Below are positions 58,124-64,000 of a stretch of 64,000 nucleotides of DNA, piece by piece. Position numbers and translations under genes: made by a program. A model generated the notes under the pieces. It did not search any database and had not been told where the DNA came from. It worked only from the letters and a program-made list of their open reading frames with translations. Source of the stretch: Planctomycetota bacterium (GTDB lineage: Bacteria; Planctomycetota; MHYJ01; WSZJ01); contig JBBTCT010000022.1 of assembly GCA_038060895.1 (NCBI GenBank), positions 1-64,000 of the forward strand, read 5' to 3'. Numbering within the stretch: position 1 is the first letter of the stretch; each line of letters begins with the position of its first letter.

Positions 58124-60535
58124 ATGAACATCGCCCGATGGCTTGACCGCCGCGAATCCTGGTGGAAGGTCTTCGTCGTCATCTTCGCAGTCAGCGTCAC
58201 CGTCGTCGGCTACATCGGGTACAAGACCTACCAGTACGCCCCGCCGGTCTGCGACTTCGTGGACGAGTCCGGCAAGACCGTCTTCTCCGGCGCCGACATC
58301 ACCGCGGGCCAGAAGGTCTTCCTCCGCTACGGCCTCATGGAATACGGCTCCTTCCTCGGCGACGGCGCCATGCGCGGGCCCGACTTCACCGCGGAGGCGC
58401 TTCACCAGACCGCCCTCTCCATGAACGCGCAGTACGACGCCGAGTGGAGCGTCCGTATCCCCGACCTGGTGCAGCGCAAGGCGATCGTCGAAGCGCTCGT
58501 GCAGAAGGACATCAAGGAGAACCGCTTCAAGGACGGCAAAGTCACGGTGAACGCGGCGCAGGCGGCGGCGTTTGAGCGCCTGCGGCTGTATTACTCGCAG
58601 AAATTCGGGGCCGGCGGCGAACTGGCGGGGAAGGAAGTCTTCAAACCGGAGAACTACATCACCGACCAGGAGAAAATCCGGCACCTCACGGCGTTTTTCT
58701 ACTGGGGAGGCTGGCTCTGCTCTGCCAAACGCCCCGGCTACGAGTACAGCTACACGCACAACTGGCCGTACGACCCGCTGGCGGGGAACGTCCCGCACGG
58801 CGGTCTCGTGATGTGGAGCGTGATCGGAACGCTGGTCGTGATCCTGACGATCGGCGTGATCTTCTACTACTACGGGCGAATGGACCGGGAAGCGGTGCTC
58901 GAGCAGCAGAAGGCGCACCTGCCGCCGCTCGCGACGTCGGATGTGGTGGACCGGTTCAAGCCGACGCCGACGCAGCGCGCGACCTACAAGTTCTTCGCGG
59001 TGGCCGCGCTCCTGTTCCTTTTCCAGGTCACTGCGGGCCTGCTCGCGATCTCGGATTTCGTGAATCTCGTGAGCTGGTTCGGGTTCGACCTGCGGGCGGC
59101 GATCCCCGTCACGATTTCGCGCATGTGGCACTCGCAGTTCTCGGTCCTGTGGATCGCGGTCTGCTGGTTCGCGGCGACGATCTGGGTGATGCCGCTCATC
59201 TGCCGCCCCGAACCTCGCGGCCAGCTCGGCTCGATCAACCTGCTTTTCGCCATGCTGGCGACCGTCGCGGCCGGCGCCATCTTCGGCATTCCCCTCGGCA
59301 TCCACGGCAAGCTCGACTACGGCGACGCGTGGCGCTGGTTCGGCCTGCAGGGCTGGGAGTTCATGCAGATCGGACGAGCGTTCCAGGCCGTGCTCTACTC
59401 GTCCTTCGTCCTCTGGCTCGTGATCATCACCCGCGGCGTCTGGCCCGCGCTCAAGCAGAAGCAGACCTGGTCGCTCCCCAACTGGATGGTCTACTCGATC
59501 GCCGGCATCATTTTCATGTTCAGCGCGTCGTGGGTCGCCAGCCCGGACACCAACTTCGTCATCGCCGACTTCTGGCGCTGGTGCACGATCCACATGTGGG
59601 TCGAAGCGTTCTTCGAGTTGTTTACGACGATCATCGTCGCCTACTTCCTCTACCTCATGGGGTTCGTGTCGCACCTCGTCGCGGCGCGCGTCGTGTACCT
59701 GTCGGCCGTGCTGTTCCTCGGAAGCGGCATGATCGGGATTTCGCACAACTTCTACTGGAACGCGAAGTCGATTGAGACGATCGCGCTCGGCGGCGTCCTC
59801 TCGTCGCTCCAGGTCGCGCCGCTCGTCCTGCTCACGATCGAGGCGTGGCGCTTCCGCCACCTTCCGCAGCACTCGCTCCGCGGCTCCACCCAGACGTTCG
59901 GCCTCGGGGAAGCCTTCCTCTTCCTCGTCGGCGTCAACTTCTGGAACTTCCTCGGCGCCGGCGTGATGGGATTCATGATCAACCTGCCGATCGTGAACTA
60001 CTACCAGCACGGGACGTACCTCACCGTCAACCACGGCCACGCCGCCCTCATGGGCGTCTACGGCAACCTAGCCGTCGCCGCCATGCTCTTCTGCTCCCGC
60101 TGGAACGTCGGCCCGTCTCGCTGGAACGCGAAGCTCCTGCGCACGTCGTTCTGGTCGCTCAACGCCGGCCTCATGTTCATGGTCGTCTTCGATCTCTTCC
60201 CGGTCGGCATCCACCAGCTCGCCGCGGCCATGAACCATGGCTACGCCTACGCGCGCTCGCAGGAGTACCTGTCCGGCACCGTCTTCCAGACCCTGACCTG
60301 GCTCCGTGGCATCGGCGTCGCGGTCTTCGTCACCGGCGGGGTCCTCCCGCTCACGTGGTTCATGGTCACTCGCTGGTTCAACCTCAAGCCGCCCCAGACG
60401 CGCGAAGAGCAGTTCATCGTGCCGCCCTCCGTCCTCGCCGTCTCCAGCCCGAGCGTCCTTACCGCCCGCGGCGTGCCGGACCGGGAGCCCGAAGGCGCCG
60501 GCTTGCTGCGCGACCCGGGGAAGGATCCGCTGTGA
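58124..60535 (+). CDS. nod: qNOR paralog with NO dismutase (Nod)-type substitutions
   Basis: qNOR scaffold (GSFLGDGAMRGPDFTAEALH, SYTHNWPYDP, QGWEF, HMWVE, NHGHAA) with ISHNFYW (HH to HN), SSLQV (E to Q) and no quinol-site His/Asp. Confidence 0.82.
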   Translation: MNIARWLDRRESWWKVFVVIFAVSVTVVGYIGYKTYQYAPPVCDFVDESGKTVFSGADITAGQKVFLRYGLMEYGSFLGDGAMRGPDFTAEALHQTALSMNAQYDAEWSVRIPDLVQRKAIVEALVQKDIKENRFKDGKVTVNAAQAAAFERLRLYYSQKFGAGGELAGKEVFKPENYITDQEKIRHLTAFFYWGGWLCSAKRPGYEYSYTHNWPYDPLAGNVPHGGLVMWSVIGTLVVILTIGVIFYYYGRMDREAVLEQQKAHLPPLATSDVVDRFKPTPTQRATYKFFAVAALLFLFQVTAGLLAISDFVNLVSWFGFDLRAAIPVTISRMWHSQFSVLWIAVCWFAATIWVMPLICRPEPRGQLGSINLLFAMLATVAAGAIFGIPLGIHGKLDYGDAWRWFGLQGWEFMQIGRAFQAVLYSSFVLWLVIITRGVWPALKQKQTWSLPNWMVYSIAGIIFMFSASWVASPDTNFVIADFWRWCTIHMWVEAFFELFTTIIVAYFLYLMGFVSHLVAARVVYLSAVLFLGSGMIGISHNFYWNAKSIETIALGGVLSSLQVAPLVLLTIEAWRFRHLPQHSLRGSTQTFGLGEAFLFLVGVNFWNFLGAGVMGFMINLPIVNYYQHGTYLTVNHGHAALMGVYGNLAVAAMLFCSRWNVGPSRWNAKLLRTSFWSLNAGLMFMVVFDLFPVGIHQLAAAMNHGYAYARSQEYLSGTVFQTLTWLRGIGVAVFVTGGVLPLTWFMVTRWFNLKPPQTREEQFIVPPSVLAVSSPSVLTARGVPDREPEGAGLLRDPGKDPL

Positions 60536-60810
60536 AATGGTTTCCCTTCGGGCCCGCGGCGCAAGAGCCGGCGAAGAAACTCCCGGTCATCGACCGCGGT
60601 CTGTGCACGGGCTGCGGCCTGTGCCTCGCCGCCTGCACGAACGGCTGCCTCGCATTTTCGTGGAGCCTCGCCGACCTGAAGCGGCCCGAGTGCTGCACGA
60701 GCGAAGGGCATTGCGCGGCCGCCTGTCCCGATGGGTTCATCGAGATGAAGTGGGTCGCCGCAAAAGGGGAGCGCGGTATTGGTGAGTGGAGCGAAGGGGG
60801 AGTCGCATGA
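60532..60810 (+). CDS. Small dicluster ferredoxin
   Basis: CTGCGLCLAAC and CCTSEGHCAAACP. GTGA overlap with the Nod-like gene. Confidence 0.82.
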   Translation: MKWFPFGPAAQEPAKKLPVIDRGLCTGCGLCLAACTNGCLAFSWSLADLKRPECCTSEGHCAAACPDGFIEMKWVAAKGERGIGEWSEGGVA

Positions 60811-61187
60811 CCCCCGCGCGCGTTCTCCTGGAAGAAGCGCTCGCGCTTCTCCGACTCACGGAGGACGCGCCGCTCTCGGAGCGCATCGACGCCGGGGGGA
60901 TGGCCGTCGTCGCGCAGCATCGGGCCGAGGTTCGCCTTGGCGCAAGGCTGCCCGGATGGCCGGACGTCCGGAGCGAGCTTGCCGAACTTTTCGGCGCTCC
61001 TCCTTCCGCCGCCCCTGACTTCGCTTCGTGGCTCGCCGCCCTCCACGCCCGCCTCCGCCCTTCGCACCCGCAGGCCTTCGCCATCGCCCTCCTGCGCCTC
61101 AACGGCCTCGACGATGCGGGCATCGCCGCGCGCCTCGGCCTCGGCGCCCGCCTCGTCCGCCGGATCCGTCAGGACGTCCCATGCTAG
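60807..61187 (+). CDS. Short degenerate ECF sigma region-4/HTH protein
   Basis: IALLRLNGLDDAGIAARLGLGARLVRR resembles ECF region 4. Directly precedes a kinase. Confidence 0.5.
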   Translation: MTPARVLLEEALALLRLTEDAPLSERIDAGGMAVVAQHRAEVRLGARLPGWPDVRSELAELFGAPPSAAPDFASWLAALHARLRPSHPQAFAIALLRLNGLDDAGIAARLGLGARLVRRIRQDVPC

Positions 61188-62356
61188 TCACGCTCGCCAC
61201 CGCCGCCTGCGCCCGCGCCCCGAGAGCCGCCGGGAGATATCAGGCGTGGGCCGAAGCGCTTGGCTCCATCCGGGCGGATCCGTCGCCGGCCCGCGTGTCC
61301 GAGTTGCTTGCGACCATCCCCGAAGACCAGCGCGCCGACGCCCTGGTGGACCTCCTGTCCGAAGCGCTTCAGATCGCCTGGCGCCGCGCCCCCGCTCCGC
61401 CGCTCGCCGCGTGGCTCGACGCCATTGCGCCCGGTTTCGAACCGCCCGCCGATCTCGTGGAAGCGGAGTTCGTCGCCCGCCACCAGCCGCCGCACGGCGA
61501 TGCGCCGGCTCCCGCAGATTCCTCGCGCCTGCTCGCCGAGGGCCGCTTCATCCTGCTCCGCCGTCTGGGCCGAGGCGCGATGGGAGAGGTGTGGGAAGCG
61601 CGGGACACGGCCGCGGGCAGACTTGTCGCCATCAAGCGCTCGATCGACATGGGGATGGGGGATCGCCTGGAGTGCGAGCGGGAAGTCACTGCCGCGCTCG
61701 ATCACCCCGCCGTCCTCTCCATTCGAGAGATCGGGCGCGACCCGCAGGGCCGCCCCTTCGCGGTCATGCCTCTCGCCTCCGGCCCCAATTTTGACGAGAG
61801 CATCGCCGGCCTTCACCGGATCGCCGGCGACCCGCGGACCCTCCTCGCTCCGTTCCTCGCCGCCTGCGACGCGGTCGCCCATGCGCACTCCCGCGGCGTC
61901 CTGCACCGGGACCTTAAGCCCGCCCACATCGTCCCCGGCGCCGGCGTCCTCGACTGGGGCGTCGCGCGCCGAGCGTCCGCCCCCGACGGTCTCGTCGCGG
62001 GCACCCCCGAGTACATGGCTCCCGAGCAGGCCGACGGCCGCGCCGACGAACGAAGCGACGTCTTCGCGCTCGGCGGAGTTCTCTTTCACATTCTCACCGG
62101 CCGTCCTCCGCGCGCCTGGCCGGACGCGGTGCGACCCGCCTCGTGGGCCGAATTCGTACGCTCGGTACCACTGACCGTGCCAGGCGGATCGCATGCAGCC
62201 CTGCGGCGCGTCTGCCGGCAGGCGATGAACCCCGATCCGCGGGAACGGTTCCTTTCCGCAGGCGCATTCGCCGACCGGCTCCGTCGTTCGAGCGACGCCG
62301 CGCCGTCGTTCTGGCGGCACGTACTGGCCTGGGTGCAGGCCCCTGCCTGTTCATAG
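61181..62356 (+). CDS. Hanks-type Ser/Thr protein kinase
   Basis: LGRGAMGEV, VAIK, HRDLKPAH, DWG, GTPEYMAPEQ, SDVFALG. Confidence 0.9.
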   Translation: MLVTLATAACARAPRAAGRYQAWAEALGSIRADPSPARVSELLATIPEDQRADALVDLLSEALQIAWRRAPAPPLAAWLDAIAPGFEPPADLVEAEFVARHQPPHGDAPAPADSSRLLAEGRFILLRRLGRGAMGEVWEARDTAAGRLVAIKRSIDMGMGDRLECEREVTAALDHPAVLSIREIGRDPQGRPFAVMPLASGPNFDESIAGLHRIAGDPRTLLAPFLAACDAVAHAHSRGVLHRDLKPAHIVPGAGVLDWGVARRASAPDGLVAGTPEYMAPEQADGRADERSDVFALGGVLFHILTGRPPRAWPDAVRPASWAEFVRSVPLTVPGGSHAALRRVCRQAMNPDPRERFLSAGAFADRLRRSSDAAPSFWRHVLAWVQAPACS

Positions 62357-62391
62357 CCTCCGCCGGCCGCGCCATTCGTTAGGATCTCCCC

Positions 62392-63774
62392 ATGGACCGC
62401 TTCCGAATCCCGCCGGATTCATCCTGCCCGTGCGGCAGCGGACTCGCTTTCAGAATCTGCTGCCTTCGCCGCTGGGGGTCCAGCAGGCCCCGCCGGCCTG
62501 GACCCAAACGCGTCCACAGGCCGCAGCCAGGAAGGCGCGGCGGCGCGCCAACGCCGTCGCAGGTCGCGTCCGGCGGATGGTTCACGCTCTGCCTGGTGAG
62601 CGACCTGGAAGTCGAAGTCGCGCGCCTTGGGAGCGATTCGACGCCGGATTCCATGAAGAGGCTCCAGTCCATCTTTCGGGACGAGAGCCAGCCCGAGACG
62701 ATCCGGCTGATCGCCGCCCATTCCCTCGAGATGAGAAATGCCCTTCAGGACGAGCCGTCGCCGCGCGTCCGCACCGACAGGCCGCTGCCGTTCGCCGAAG
62801 TTCCGTGTCACTGGCTGCGGTTCAGCCCGGTGATTCCCGAGAAATTGGAAGCGAGCTACCAGGAAGCGGCGGGGCTCTTCCGCGAGCAACGATTCGAAGA
62901 GGCGATCCGGTCCTGGGAAGCGCTCGTGCGGGACCATCCGGAAGTCTGCCAACTCCGGGTGCGCCTTGCGCAAGCGCTGGGGTTCGGGGGCAGGAATGCG
63001 GAGGGCATCGAGGTTCTGCGGCAATCGCTTCTTGATCTGCCGGGAGAGCTGACCCCCGCCGCGCTTTTGCTCGAGGGACTCGTCAAGGCCGGGGACCTGG
63101 TCGAATCGACCCGATTCGTGCGCAGCCTGCGGGCGCCGGCGGAGCTTCACGCGAACGGTTACCTCAAGCTGCAGTACGCCCTGGGCAACTGGGAAACCTC
63201 CCTGCAGTACACCCGTCGAGCCCGGGAGCGGCTCTTTTTCGTCCTCAAGGTCACAGAAAAGTCTGACTTTCAGCAGACCGTCATGAAAGCGCTGTCGGAA
63301 GCAAGCCTGACAGCAGGAATCATGGGCGCCCGGCATGAGCGGTGCCTGGAGCTGGCACGGCATCGAGTCCTGCGCGAGTGGCCCCTGCGCCGGTACCTGG
63401 CCCTGTGGAAGCGGGACGAGCTGGAGCTGGTCGGCGCGCAGCGCAATTCGGGGACGCCGGCACCGCAAGACCTCGGCGACCTGGTCGAGGCCGTCGCGGT
63501 CAAGCTCATCTCCCCCGAATTGGCGATGGAGACCTTCCTCGATCCTCTCGACGTCACGGCGCTGCGACACCTGCTCCGCGAGGACGGCCTGCTCCCCCTC
63601 GACGAGTTCCTCAGGCTCTACGCTCCCTTGGAGAATCTGCAGGACACGACGCCTCTCGTCAGCCTCCACCTCGCCGGCTTCCTCTGCACAGGCCGCGTTG
63701 ACGGCCGACGCAGCGTCCTTATCCCGCCCGACATGAAGCCGGTGGCGGAAGCGGTGTGCGCAGGGAACCCATGA
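62392..63774 (+). CDS. SEC-C motif / TPR-like protein
   Basis: CPCGSGLAFRICC and a TPR-like helical segment (FEEAIRSWE...RLAQAL...EGIEVL). Confidence 0.7.
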   Translation: MDRFRIPPDSSCPCGSGLAFRICCLRRWGSSRPRRPGPKRVHRPQPGRRGGAPTPSQVASGGWFTLCLVSDLEVEVARLGSDSTPDSMKRLQSIFRDESQPETIRLIAAHSLEMRNALQDEPSPRVRTDRPLPFAEVPCHWLRFSPVIPEKLEASYQEAAGLFREQRFEEAIRSWEALVRDHPEVCQLRVRLAQALGFGGRNAEGIEVLRQSLLDLPGELTPAALLLEGLVKAGDLVESTRFVRSLRAPAELHANGYLKLQYALGNWETSLQYTRRARERLFFVLKVTEKSDFQQTVMKALSEASLTAGIMGARHERCLELARHRVLREWPLRRYLALWKRDELELVGAQRNSGTPAPQDLGDLVEAVAVKLISPELAMETFLDPLDVTALRHLLREDGLLPLDEFLRLYAPLENLQDTTPLVSLHLAGFLCTGRVDGRRSVLIPPDMKPVAEAVCAGNP

Positions 63775-64000
63775 AGAGCCCCATTCAAATCCTGACGGTC
63801 GGGCACTCGAACCACCCCACCGAGAAGCTCATCGAGCTTCTCAGGACGCACGGAGTGACTGCAATTGCCGACGTCCGGTCCGCGCCTTTCAGCCGCCACT
63901 CGCCGCAATTCAACCGCGAGACGCTGGAAGCGATCCTGAAACGCGAGGAGCTCGAGTACGTCTTCCTCGGACGAGAGCTCGGCGCACGGTCCGACGATCG
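63771..64000 (+). CDS. DUF488 family protein (partial)
   Basis: Hand translation: ILTVGHSNH, IADVRSAPFSR, PQFN, YVFLGRELGAR. Runs off the window. Confidence 0.85.
   Translation, partial: MKSPIQILTVGHSNHPTEKLIELLRTHGVTAIADVRSAPFSRHSPQFNRETLEAILKREELEYVFLGRELGARSDD

Noticed and set aside
58124-60535. Canonical quinol-dependent NO reductase call
   Set aside because: FeB His, catalytic Glu and quinol-site residues are all substituted.

Overview
High-GC bacterial chromosomal segment, most likely Planctomycetota (DUF1800/DUF1501 pair, ECF-like plus Ser/Thr kinase pair; this is inference). It opens with housekeeping genes (ispD, rlmN), a GGDEF gene and a sigma54 activator with a formate/nitrite channel. 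Two heavy-metal RND efflux operons follow, each led by a related Cys/Pro-rich small ORF resembling RAPP-type leader peptides; the second also carries two c-type cytochromes. Next is a sensor/stress block (globin-coupled kinase, three USP genes, mobB, GAF-PAS kinase). The core is a respiratory locus: a Nitrospira/anammox-type periplasmic NXR-like operon divergent from an A-family heme-copper oxidase operon whose subunit I lacks the K-channel Lys/Thr, then benzoyl-CoA ring-opening genes (oah, SDR, dch, had) and a qNOR paralog with the diagnostic NO dismutase (Nod) substitutions. Features missing from the ORF track: a 19-bp palindromic operator in four copies, about ten sigma54-type promoters, a candidate sRNA, and a small cox-operon gene with tandem in-frame UGA-UGA followed by a SECIS-like hairpin. 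I saw no rRNA, tRNA, CRISPR array or transposase. All family calls come from motif recognition by eye, not database searches.
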